From the NCBI GenBank assembly GCA_019056785.1, contig DXJV01000100.1:4993-68992 (forward strand): a stretch of DNA of 64,000 bases. Reading direction: 5' to 3'. The notes beneath the pieces were generated by a model that worked only from the letters and a program-made list of their open reading frames with translations, had not been told where the DNA came from and did not search any database. The position numbers and the translations under genes are program-made. Numbering within the stretch: position 1 is the stretch's first letter; each line of letters starts with the position of its first letter. This stretch comes from Candidatus Heimdallarchaeota archaeon (lineage in GTDB: Archaea > Asgardarchaeota > Heimdallarchaeia > JABLTI01). This document shows positions 29,796 through 38,118 of the stretch, piece after piece.

Positions 29796-30619
29796 AGCCA
29801 ATCTTCCTTTATAATTTTCAAGGCGGTAGGATCGAACCCTTTTACCATTTCTTTGATTAATTCTAATGCATCTGGGCTCACATCCATTTCCACCAACTCG
29901 AGTGCTCTTGTACCGATTTTTGGTTCTTTACTTAATTCAATGAGCATCTTAGCAAAATCGACCAGCATCCCGATTTTCATCTGTGCAGCATAGGCCATTC
30001 CTTCCGGCTCGAGGGTCACAAGGCTTTCTAAGAACTGCTGGCAATAAAGAGATGGTTTCCCGTTCAGTATTTTCTTCTTCTCTAAATCCACAATAACTGC
30101 TTTTTTATAATTTGATGCAAGGGTTGGTAAAGTTCCAATGATTTTTTTATCAGTTATCAATTTGTCGGTCCATTCTTCGGTCTGGGGGTAGCGACTCGGA
30201 GAGAATAACTCCAGTGTTCGGACAACACGTTTAACAAAGGTCTTATTAGTCCCTGCAACAATGACGGTTTTGTAGGAGAGTACTGCCTCAATAAGCTGAT
30301 CGGCGCCTTTGATCTGTTTCACGAGGAATTTTATATCATCCACTTTTTCAGGGGTCCATTGACCAACTTCCCGCTCCGCCACAAAAGGTGATACGGTTGC
30401 TTGCCGGACAGTGAAATTTCTGTCAAGGATTATATTCATAACCATTTCTTTATTGTCCTTGCAATGATGGATTGTAGACACTTGATAAAGCCCCCCAATA
30501 TGGGGCAAAAGCTCCTTCACAGGTATTTGAAATGCATCCACTTTCTTACAAACATCGCACATTGCTTGAACTGTAATGATTGATTTACTGCTGCTCTTCT
30601 CTTTTGATTTTTTACTCAT
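29792..30619 (-). CDS. hypothetical protein (N-terminal Cys/His cluster plus Rossmann-like core)
   Basis: CDVCKK...HHCKD possible zinc site; central VIVAGTNKTFVKRVVRTLELFSPSRYP...AVIVDLEK segment. Confidence 0.45.
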   Translation of the reverse strand: MSKKSKEKSSSKSIITVQAMCDVCKKVDAFQIPVKELLPHIGGLYQVSTIHHCKDNKEMVMNIILDRNFTVRQATVSPFVAEREVGQWTPEKVDDIKFLVKQIKGADQLIEAVLSYKTVIVAGTNKTFVKRVVRTLELFSPSRYPQTEEWTDKLITDKKIIGTLPTLASNYKKAVIVDLEKKKILNGKPSLYCQQFLESLVTLEPEGMAYAAQMKIGMLVDFAKMLIELSKEPKIGTRALELVEMDVSPDALELIKEMVKGFDPTALKIIKEDWL

Positions 30620-30924
30620 ATTATTTGCCCACCGGCTGTTTTGTACATTTAATCATTCCTTTTGGAACAATGACTCTTTCCCATTAAAAAATTAACTTTT
30701 ATGGAAAATGACACCAAAAAACATCGAAGAGCTTCCATATCCACCTTACGCTATTGAAGCGATGCTGTTGTGGTGGTTTTCTTTTGGTTTGAGGAAAAAT
30801 TTAAATCGGTAGAAGCTGAGTTAACCACATTCCCAACAATACGCCCCGAAATTGGCCTCCAGATGGAACCAAACTTGGGGATGAAAGGAATCCATTCCTA
30901 CTGATAGGAAGCTGGTTTATACCT

Positions 30925-32229
30925 ATGACTGAAGTCGAATATGATGTTATAATTGTTGGTGCTGGTTGTGCAGGACCCGCTGCAGCAAAGAAAGCAGCAG
31001 AATTAGGACTGAAAACGCTCCTTTTAGAAAAATCCCGAACGCCTGGAGAGAAAAATGTTTCGGGGACATGTCTAAACATGGCGGCGCTTGTTGATCCTGA
31101 TTTACATTATCTTATGAAAGGTCCTGTTGAAAGGGAAATTACCGAAATGCATTCGTATATGATTACGCCAGAGCGAACGACGATGTTTCGTGAAACCCCG
31201 AGTGAAGGGTTGATTCTTTTATCGATTCGCCGCGACCACTTCGATGCCTGGCACACGGAAGAAGCTCGCAAAGCCGGTGCAGAGGTCCGCTTAGCAACGA
31301 CAGTAGTGGATATCATTGAAGAGAATGATGCGATAAAGGGCGTCATTACTGATAAAGGCGAGAAACTTCGAGCAAAAGTGATTATTGATGCTGCCGGCGT
31401 GAATTCCATTGTTGGCCGAAAAGCAGGGCTTATTCCCAAGCGCAAAGGAACGGATATGATTCTCTATGTTACGGTGAATGTTCATCTTGGTGAGAAACTG
31501 GTCACCGAACGTTTTGGCAACTCCATTTACTATTTCCTTGCCCCACAGACTCAATACAAGACTTGGCCATGGGCATTTCCAAAGAAAGACGTTGTCACTT
31601 TCGGCACAGGTGGCTATCTGGATGACAACCTCTTCAAAGATGGCATAAACTCTGTCAACGACTATATGCAGAACCTTTTGGATCTGCCCGTTATTAAAGA
31701 GAAAATAAAAGGGGGAAAAATTGCCTCTTGGGGCTTGCACCTCGAGTTTGATGAGGCATTGGAGCGGCGAACACGTGATGGATTAATCCTCACCGGTGAA
31801 GCAGGGGGATTTGTGATTCCTTTCTTGGGCGAAGGAATGGTCGAAGCCTTCTTGACAGGCATTTATGCTGCCCAAACCGCAGCTAAAGCCATCGAAGCGA
31901 ACGATGTTTCAGCAGCATTTCTAGAAGAACATTTTATGGAATACTATACAGGCAATGTTTTCTTGCAAAGCTTCCGCTATGTAGCTGACTTTAATAAGAA
32001 ATCCATTCTCTCTATGCCTGACGAAGAAATCGCAGCAATGATGCAAAATGTCTGCATTGGTGGTGGCTTTATCAGTAACGCAATTCATTACAACTGGATG
32101 AAAGGCGCAGACGAAGACGATATGAGTTTGGTCCAAGAGGCCAAAGATTTCTATGAATTTATCCAGCCATATCGACAAGTTGGTTCGGAATCAGTAGAAA
32201 TTTATAAAAAAATGAGGGCTGAAAAATGA
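30925..32229 (+). CDS. fixC: FAD-dependent oxidoreductase FixC (ETF-quinone oxidoreductase-like)
   Basis: YDVIIVGAGCAGPAAA...LLLEK dinucleotide fold; ~430 aa; overlaps the downstream FixX-type ferredoxin by 4 nt. Confidence 0.8.
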   Translation: MTEVEYDVIIVGAGCAGPAAAKKAAELGLKTLLLEKSRTPGEKNVSGTCLNMAALVDPDLHYLMKGPVEREITEMHSYMITPERTTMFRETPSEGLILLSIRRDHFDAWHTEEARKAGAEVRLATTVVDIIEENDAIKGVITDKGEKLRAKVIIDAAGVNSIVGRKAGLIPKRKGTDMILYVTVNVHLGEKLVTERFGNSIYYFLAPQTQYKTWPWAFPKKDVVTFGTGGYLDDNLFKDGINSVNDYMQNLLDLPVIKEKIKGGKIASWGLHLEFDEALERRTRDGLILTGEAGGFVIPFLGEGMVEAFLTGIYAAQTAAKAIEANDVSAAFLEEHFMEYYTGNVFLQSFRYVADFNKKSILSMPDEEIAAMMQNVCIGGGFISNAIHYNWMKGADEDDMSLVQEAKDFYEFIQPYRQVGSESVEIYKKMRAEK

Positions 32230-32486
32230 AGGTCGAAATGAAAGTTGACTATTATCCCGGCGACCCCGGAGAGTTTGTGCGAGTCGATGAAAGCAAATGT
32301 ACCGGTTGTGGCGAATGCGCCAAATTCTGTACACGAAATGTATGGGTACAAGATGGCAAGATCTTTCGCCCAAAGAACTTGAAAGCATGTGTCGAATGTG
32401 GTGCTTGCTGGAATGTTTGTGAGTTTGACGCAGTCATTTTTGAAGAACCAAAAGGAGGAACTGGTGTAAGATTTGAATATGGATAG
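32226..32486 (+). CDS. fixX: ferredoxin-like protein FixX
   Basis: CTGCGECAKFC...CVECGACWNVCEFDAVIFEEPKGGTGVRFEYG; 86 aa. Confidence 0.8.
   Translation: MKVEMKVDYYPGDPGEFVRVDESKCTGCGECAKFCTRNVWVQDGKIFRPKNLKACVECGACWNVCEFDAVIFEEPKGGTGVRFEYG
32400..32486 (+). repeat. direct repeat copy 1 (functional fixX 3' end, AT-rich codons)
   Basis: The first 23 nt are identical to 34876..34898. By hand alignment ~15 mismatches in 87 nt, mostly synonymous. Confidence 0.8.
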
Positions 32487-32502
32487 AGTTTCCTATCCAT
32501 TT

Positions 32503-32865
32503 CTATTTTACTAATTCTCCTTTGAATGCTTTGTGAAGAATGGATTGTTTAAGTTCTTTAATATTTTCAGCCGCTTTAGTGGATTTTTCTAATATTTATT
32601 TTTTCTTTTCAAAAATAGTGTCAAAAAATAATACTAAATTTTTTTGTTGGTTTTTATCAATTACATCATCTATTGTAGGCAGAGGTATTTTCATCGACTT
32701 TAAATTATTCTGAGCTATACCTCCTTGTGTTGAACCATGAAATTTGTTTGCAAATTGATCTTGACCAAGATATGAAAATAAAACGTAAGAAGCATAATGT
32801 TTTGATTTTAACACAAAGTAGGAAAGATCTTCCGGTAGACGTACAAGGAATGTTAGTTGAGCATT
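32503..32865 (-). pseudogene. hsdS: type I restriction-modification specificity subunit (HsdS) remnant with in-frame stop
   Basis: Hand translation gives ...YASYVLFSYLGQDQFANKFHGSTQGGIAQNNLKSMKIPLPTIDD...FEKKK*ILEKSTKAAENIKELKQSILHKAFKGELVK*. This is the end of a target-recognition domain plus the conserved HsdS C-terminal helix, interrupted by TAA at 32596..32598. Only about half of a normal HsdS is present. Confidence 0.6.
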
Positions 32866-32951
32866 TTAATATTGATGATCCATATAATGATATTTATACA
32901 AAAGTAAAAAAATTGGTTAAAAGGTATAAGTGAGAAACAGACATTAGATTC

Positions 32952-33793
32952 CTAGGAGATATTTAACATTATTTTAATTTTCTCTAATCTACTTTTATCT
33001 TTGATGAAATAATCGAATACCTTTTCAATAGAAATAAATCTTATTTGCGGAAAATCATTCTTTTTAAATTTCTCAGTTTCCTTTGGTGCAAAGAAAAATA
33101 AAATTGTATCATTATTAGATATTGAATCCTGTAAAGATTGTAATTTATTAATTATTGTTTTTTTATTTTCTGCAAAAGTTACTTGAGCACAGATTCTGAT
33201 ATTTTCTTTATTTAAACCATAAATATCAAAATCTTTCTGCCCCCTTCCAATAGGTTGAAGAAGAAATTCTATTTCTTCTTTGCTTTTTAAAATTCATAAC
33301 AGATAATTTCTAATTGTTCGGGAGAAAGCGATTTAACTTCTAAAGGTAATTCTTTTTCATAATAGAAATATCTCAAAACTTTAGATACTTTTGACCACTC
33401 TTTTATAGTTCCCCTAGGTTGACTGGATTGGAAGATAGGATAATCCATAAAAGAAACTTCTCTAAAACTACTTAATTGCATTGTTTTAAGTTTATATTCA
33501 TTCTTTTTCAAACAACCTATTTTTGTACCTTTTGTGATTTTACCTACAAGTATAGCATCTTTTCTTATTCGTCTAAAATCAGCAGCGACTATAGCACCTT
33601 CTTTTGACATTTTGTGCATCAAATCAAATGCAAATTTTACTTCTCTAAAATTTTTTTTATATTTGTTAGGATTTGTGCTACATATATTCTCATAATGAAT
33701 TGCTATTTTTTTTTCATCCCATAATTTTTCAAGTAAATCTTTTGGAACTGAGATATTGTGTCTTATAAAAACTATAATTTCCTCTTTGTCCAT
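32952..33793 (-). pseudogene. frameshift-disrupted gene, C-terminal part PD-(D/E)xK/Mrr-like
   Basis: The 168-aa ORF ends ...LSPEQLEIICYEF*. A 111-codon frame with no start codon opens in the -1 frame exactly at that stop (ILKSKEEIEFLLQPIGRGQKDFDIYGLNKENIRICAQVTF...). The junction lies in a TTTTAAAAA run. Confidence 0.5.
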
Positions 33794-33798
33794 AATAT

Positions 33799-34056
33799 CT
33801 AATCGATTTTTCTACATTTAAAATATTTATCATCAAAAAGTAAAGCGCCTTCCCCACGATCTGTTCTACCAAGAAAAATCTCATAATCGAATTCTACAAG
33901 ATAAGGATAATCCATTATTGTTGGAAATTCTTTTTGATATTTAACAATAAAAGATTTCAAAAGTGTTTCATCATCAACGGGTCCTTGAACTCTGCACCAA
34001 ATTTCTTTTCTAACATGTTTATCATAAATAGCTAATTGCTTGTTTTTTATCATCAA
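33799..34056 (-). CDS. hypothetical protein (island)
   Basis: 85-aa ORF, 5 nt upstream of the next minus-strand gene; no motif recognised. Confidence 0.35.
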   Translation of the reverse strand: MMIKNKQLAIYDKHVRKEIWCRVQGPVDDETLLKSFIVKYQKEFPTIMDYPYLVEFDYEIFLGRTDRGEGALLFDDKYFKCRKID

Positions 34057-34164
34057 ATCATTTCCTTAAGAAAAAAATTATGATTGATATTAAGCTCTCA
34101 ATCCACCACTAAATTTCGCTTCAAAAAGTTTTTTACTTATTTTGAATCCTTAGTTTGAAGGCCA

Positions 34165-34620
34165 TCATGTAATGGCTTGAAATTTGACCGGCTGTTTTTT
34201 GAGCAATAGTCCAGATAACCCAATCAAAACGATCCTTACAAGCAGGATCATACACCGAAAAAGAAGGAAAAGTAAAGATAGGATAAGAGAAAAAAGAGTA
34301 ATTTTTGGGTTACGAGTAAAATAAAGACCTATGACTTTACCGGCAGGATAAGGAACAAGAAAAGTATGCTTGTGAGTGGTTACATCTGGCATATCAAACA
34401 TTAATTTAGACATTTCAAAATAAATATCTGTTAAAGGATTATGTATAATAAGCTGTTTTTGATGTAAAGAAGAATTCTTGAAACTATTTCGATAGAATTG
34501 TTTAATGAACTCATGAGTTAATTTTTCTCGACCAATAGTCTTAGCTTCTTCAGTTGAAGAAATAATACTAGTAATTATTTCAGAAACTTGAGCAGTAAAA
34601 AAAAGAGATTGCTGAATCAA
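34165..34620 (-). CDS. hypothetical protein with C-terminal TM segments (island)
   Basis: 151-aa ORF with a hydrophobic C-terminal third. Confidence 0.35.
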   Translation of the reverse strand: MIQQSLFFTAQVSEIITSIISSTEEAKTIGREKLTHEFIKQFYRNSFKNSSLHQKQLIIHNPLTDIYFEMSKLMFDMPDVTTHKHTFLVPYPAGKVIGLYFTRNPKITLFSLILSLLFLLFRCMILLVRIVLIGLSGLLLKKQPVKFQAIT

Positions 34621-34875
34621 TAAGTTGAACTAAATCAGAAGATTTCATAGTAAATACATCCCTATACCAAAAGAATAACCTCAGAGGAAAAAATAATGGT
34701 TGCGAGAGGAAAAAAAGGAACTCTTCTCAGAAAAAGAAAACAGATGAGAAGAGAAGAAGGAAAAAGGATAAAAAGGAGAAAAAAGAACATAAAAACATCA
34801 ATGCAACAAAAAGAAAAACGCTTCTCAAATGAGAAGAGAAGGAGAAGATTCCAAATGAAGAAAGAAAACCTGTAC

Positions 34876-34962
34876 GGTGCTTGCTGGAATGTTTGTGAAT
34901 TTGACGCCGTCATTTTCGAAGAACCGAAAGGCCGTACCGGTGTTCGCTTTACTTATGGTTAG
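34876..34962 (+). repeat. direct repeat copy 2 (displaced fixX 3' remnant)
   Basis: Encodes GACWNVCEFDAVIFEEPKGRTGVRFTYG* with GC-richer codons. It keeps operon spacing: a GGAGG sits between its stop and the ATG of the SCP2 gene 12 nt downstream. Confidence 0.8.
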
Positions 34963-34973
34963 GAGGACTTCAA

Positions 34974-35309
34974 ATGGTTACAGATGAAGAGATTGTTTCT
35001 GAAATGGACAAATTCCGCGCAAAGATGACTGATGAAAAATACGCCCGTCATTTCAAGAATTGGAACAAAACAATGCAATACTTCTTCAATGACACAGGTG
35101 ACTATTGGCACATCGTTGTTACCAATGGACAACCGGGCAAGCCCGCGAAGGGAAAAGTTGACAAACCGGATATTAACTACGAAATGTCTACAACAGACTT
35201 TTTGGATTTGATGCAAGGACGCATTTCGGGTCTCAAACTTTACAACCAGAAACGGTTGAAAATCAAAGCTTCCATGCCGGACATTCTTAAGCTGCAAAAA
35301 TTAGCTTGA
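34974..35309 (+). CDS. SCP2 sterol-carrier-like domain protein
   Basis: 111 aa; C-terminal TTDFLDLMQGRISGLKLYNQKRLKIKASMPDILKLQKL matches the SCP2 GKLKIxG-type end. Confidence 0.65.
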   Translation: MVTDEEIVSEMDKFRAKMTDEKYARHFKNWNKTMQYFFNDTGDYWHIVVTNGQPGKPAKGKVDKPDINYEMSTTDFLDLMQGRISGLKLYNQKRLKIKASMPDILKLQKLA

Positions 35310-35394
35310 ATGTCTCCCCTTTTTTCTTTCTTTTTTTAAACTTTAGCCAACAATTTAAAAAGCTGAAGAATATGTTTCTTTTTAATAACAGGAG

Positions 35395-36363
35395 ATGAAT
35401 TATCCCATGCCAAGGCGGCCTGATGCTGAACTTATCAAAACATCAAAGTTTCGCGAGCTGGAATTTTATGTCATGCCAACTCGAGCAGAGAGCATGATCT
35501 TTTATTACATGCAGATTGATCTGACACACACGTTAGAATTTCTGGAAGAATACAACAAAAATCGCTGTGAAGAGGATAAGCTTACTCTCTTTCAGCTTCT
35601 CCTAACTGCAGGGGTGCGAACAATTGCTTACCGGCCAAAGGTCAATCGGTTTGTTGCCGGGCGACGGTTATGGCAACGCAATCAAATCCTTTTCTCTTTT
35701 GTGGTCAATAAATCCAAAACAGAAGCTGGTGAAGAAGTTCTTGCTATGATTGAATTTGATCCCTTTGACACTCTCGAGACTGTGCAAAAAAGAGTCAGCG
35801 AAAAAATTCACGAAGCTCGCTATGGTGAAAATAAAAATGAAAAGGACATCAAATTTTATGGCGCCATGCCCCGCTTTTTAATTCGCTTTATTTTCTGGTT
35901 CGTTCGCTGGCTGGATGAACACAATCATCCTCCCTATTTCATAACTCGAGATATGCCTCTTTGGTGTTCTGTGTTCATCGCTCATCTGGGCTCAATAAAT
36001 ATCGATTCAGTTTATCATCATCTTTACAATCTTGGGACAGCAAGCTTTTTCATCACAATTGGAAAAATCCACAAAGCCACCGTATTAAATCAAGAAACCA
36101 ATGACATTGAGATAAAACAGGTAGTGGACCTTCGGCTTACAATTGATGATCGCATTGCCAATGGCATTTATACCGGACGAACCGTAGATATGCTCAAAAA
36201 TTTCATTGAACATCCAGAGCCACTTCTCGAACCACCGGCACTTACTGATGAACAACTAGATGCTTTAAAGTTGAAAAAATACAAAAAAGAACGCCTTGCT
36301 CGCGAAAAGCAACGCCGGAAAGAACTGCGACAAGCAAAACGGCGTAACAGAACAAAACAATAA
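35395..36363 (+). CDS. 2-oxoacid dehydrogenase acyltransferase (CAT-like) catalytic-domain family protein, stand-alone
   Basis: C-terminal LRLTIDDRIANGIYTGRTVDMLKNFIEHPEPLL aligns with the E2 DHRxxDG...P..LL motif. No lipoyl domain. Basic K/R tail. Confidence 0.5.
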   Translation: MNYPMPRRPDAELIKTSKFRELEFYVMPTRAESMIFYYMQIDLTHTLEFLEEYNKNRCEEDKLTLFQLLLTAGVRTIAYRPKVNRFVAGRRLWQRNQILFSFVVNKSKTEAGEEVLAMIEFDPFDTLETVQKRVSEKIHEARYGENKNEKDIKFYGAMPRFLIRFIFWFVRWLDEHNHPPYFITRDMPLWCSVFIAHLGSINIDSVYHHLYNLGTASFFITIGKIHKATVLNQETNDIEIKQVVDLRLTIDDRIANGIYTGRTVDMLKNFIEHPEPLLEPPALTDEQLDALKLKKYKKERLAREKQRRKELRQAKRRNRTKQ

Positions 36364-36441
36364 AGAACAAGCTACTTTCTTTCAGAACGATAAATTAAGC
36401 TCTGTGCACCTTAATCTCTGCTTAATTTTTTCTCGGTCGTC

Positions 36442-37275
36442 TTAAAGTAATTTGAGTAATTTATGACCTTGAATGGAAAGCCCAAATAAATCTGTTGGGA
36501 GCGTTTCTGCCAGTGTTTCTGTTATTTGGAATAATTTTTGCGCAGAGGGCGCTTTTGCTCCTCCAAGAGGCGTGACGGGTTGCACGACAATCGGGATAAC
36601 AATTTCGCGCAATTTATTGGCAATCATTTGAACATCATTCAAATTCGTGTCTTCAGTGACCACCAGTTTTGCAAATACTTTTGCGGGGAAGTTATTTAAA
36701 ATAGAGAGTGATGTTAGTTCTCTCTCGACCAATTTTTCCCAATTACCCTTTTTTACGCTGTTGGCACTCCGGTCTTTTATATCAACACACGCATAGCTAA
36801 TTAATGGAGCCACTTTTTCAATCCGCTGAGGGTAGTAGCCATTTGTTTCAAGGTAAATAGGGATTTCCAATTCGTAAAGTTTGTTTGTCAATTCATAGAA
36901 AAATTCTTCCTGAAAAGTTGGTTCACCCCCCGTAAGAGAGACAGAATGAAGGTCCTTTGTGGAGAGGTTAAGAATTTGCTCGATTGTAAAATCAACAGTT
37001 ACGGGATTAGCGGTGGTGGTGAATTTCCAACTTCCAGGGACAGTTTCAACTCGACAAGTAGGGGCGTTGACATCACGGGAAGAGGCAGTATCACACCAGA
37101 TACAATGTAAATTGCATCCCGCCAGTCTTACAAAGATTTGCCGCCGTCCAAAACATGAGCCGCGAACAACACCACCTTCTCCTTGAAAAGAGCTAAAAAT
37201 TTCGATAAGGCTTCCTTTCACAGGTGATTGTTGTTTACGCTCGCCGGCGAGGACTTCAGTCATTTTTTCTATCAA
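36442..37275 (-). CDS. queE: 7-carboxy-7-deazaguanine synthase QueE (radical SAM)
   Basis: EIFSSFQGEG...FVRLAGCNLHCIWCDT. Confidence 0.8.
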   Translation of the reverse strand: MIEKMTEVLAGERKQQSPVKGSLIEIFSSFQGEGGVVRGSCFGRRQIFVRLAGCNLHCIWCDTASSRDVNAPTCRVETVPGSWKFTTTANPVTVDFTIEQILNLSTKDLHSVSLTGGEPTFQEEFFYELTNKLYELEIPIYLETNGYYPQRIEKVAPLISYACVDIKDRSANSVKKGNWEKLVERELTSLSILNNFPAKVFAKLVVTEDTNLNDVQMIANKLREIVIPIVVQPVTPLGGAKAPSAQKLFQITETLAETLPTDLFGLSIQGHKLLKLL

Positions 37276-37329
37276 CTCAGTATTTTTTATAGTATTGTGC
37301 TATTTCATCCTTAACCCTTTTTTATAACA

Positions 37330-38118
37330 TCATTTTTCATTCCTGGAGATTGGTGTATAGATAGTGGGATCAGGAACAGCACTTTCCTTAAAGCCCCTCT
37401 TTCGACGTTGACAACTTTCACAATGAGCGCAATGAATGGGGCGTCCAGCGACATCTAACCCTCTTGGCTCATAGCAAGAATTGCTATATTCGAAAGGGGT
37501 TGCCAGCTTCTTGCCTAGTTTAATAATTGCTGCTTTATTTAATTTTGCGAGAGGAGAAATAATCTGTACGTGCGCTTTCAGGATTCCTCGCGACGCCGCG
37601 CGGGTAAAATCATCAATAAATTCCTGAGTGTTATCGGGGAAGGTTGTACCTTCCTCGAGATTAAAACCGGTGATAATGTCTACTTTGCCTTTGAGAGTTT
37701 CAGCATAAGCCGCTGCAATAGCAAGGAATAAAAGGTTTCTGCCCGGAATCCAAACTGCTTTGGCACTTGCTTGACTTTTGTTGAAGTCCTCAAGCTCTTG
37801 TGCAGTAGGGTGAGGGAGTGTTGTAGAACTGCCTTGAATTAAAGCGCTATTTGTCCGCCTTGCAAAGTCTGCTAAAAAGTCCAATGTGAGAAACTCATGT
37901 TGGGAAACTTCTGCAAGCTCGCCCAATTTTTTCGCGACGGTTTTTAATACCTTTTCCTCTTTAGAGCCATATAAAAAGGTAAGACAAACAACACGCTTAT
38001 AAGGTTCTTTTTTTGCCCACCAAAGACAAACAGTGGAATCTAGGCCACCACTCAAAAGAACAATAGCTGATTTTTCTGTACCGCTCATTCTCCAACGCTT
38101 CTTTATTGTTTGATTCAA
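37330..38118 (-). CDS. queC: 7-cyano-7-deazaguanine synthase QueC
   Basis: VLLSGGLDSTV PP-loop; C-terminal CAHCESCQRRKRGF zinc motif. Confidence 0.85.
   Translation of the reverse strand: MNQTIKKRWRMSGTEKSAIVLLSGGLDSTVCLWWAKKEPYKRVVCLTFLYGSKEEKVLKTVAKKLGELAEVSQHEFLTLDFLADFARRTNSALIQGSSTTLPHPTAQELEDFNKSQASAKAVWIPGRNLLFLAIAAAYAETLKGKVDIITGFNLEEGTTFPDNTQEFIDDFTRAASRGILKAHVQIISPLAKLNKAAIIKLGKKLATPFEYSNSCYEPRGLDVAGRPIHCAHCESCQRRKRGFKESAVPDPTIYTPISRNEK

Larger units (their letters stand above)
32400..34962. mobile_element. AT-rich inserted island in the 3' end of fixX (decayed integrative element or defence islet)
   Basis: Bounded by two diverged copies of the last 87 nt of fixX. The interior is visibly AT-richer and all minus-strand, carries disrupted defence-type genes, and contains no CTCGAG sites. 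Confidence 0.55.

Noticed and set aside
30709-30813. 34-aa ORF (MTPKNIEELPYPPYAIEAMLLWWFSFGLRKNLNR) in the 300-nt gap upstream of fixC.
   Set aside because: It is too short and motif-free to support. The gap more likely holds the divergent promoters.
32481-32498. Hairpin GGATAG-AGTTTC-CTATCC overlapping the fixX stop, considered as a terminator.
   Set aside because: Archaeal termination relies mainly on oligo-T tracts. The 6-bp stem is weak evidence, and the sequence also lies between two converging coding regions.
33287-33296. Programmed -1 ribosomal frameshift joining the two parts of the island nuclease-like gene.
   Set aside because: The overlap (GAA TTT TAA AAA) does not form an X XXY YYZ heptamer in the zero frame, and no obvious downstream structure is present. 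An indel in the T4/A5 run is simpler.
34696-34962. 88-aa ORF ending in a FixX-like peptide, possibly a second ferredoxin gene.
   Set aside because: Only the last 28 codons are FixX-like and the Cys ligands upstream are missing. The rest is translation of the polypurine tract. I interpret it as the displaced fixX 3' remnant.
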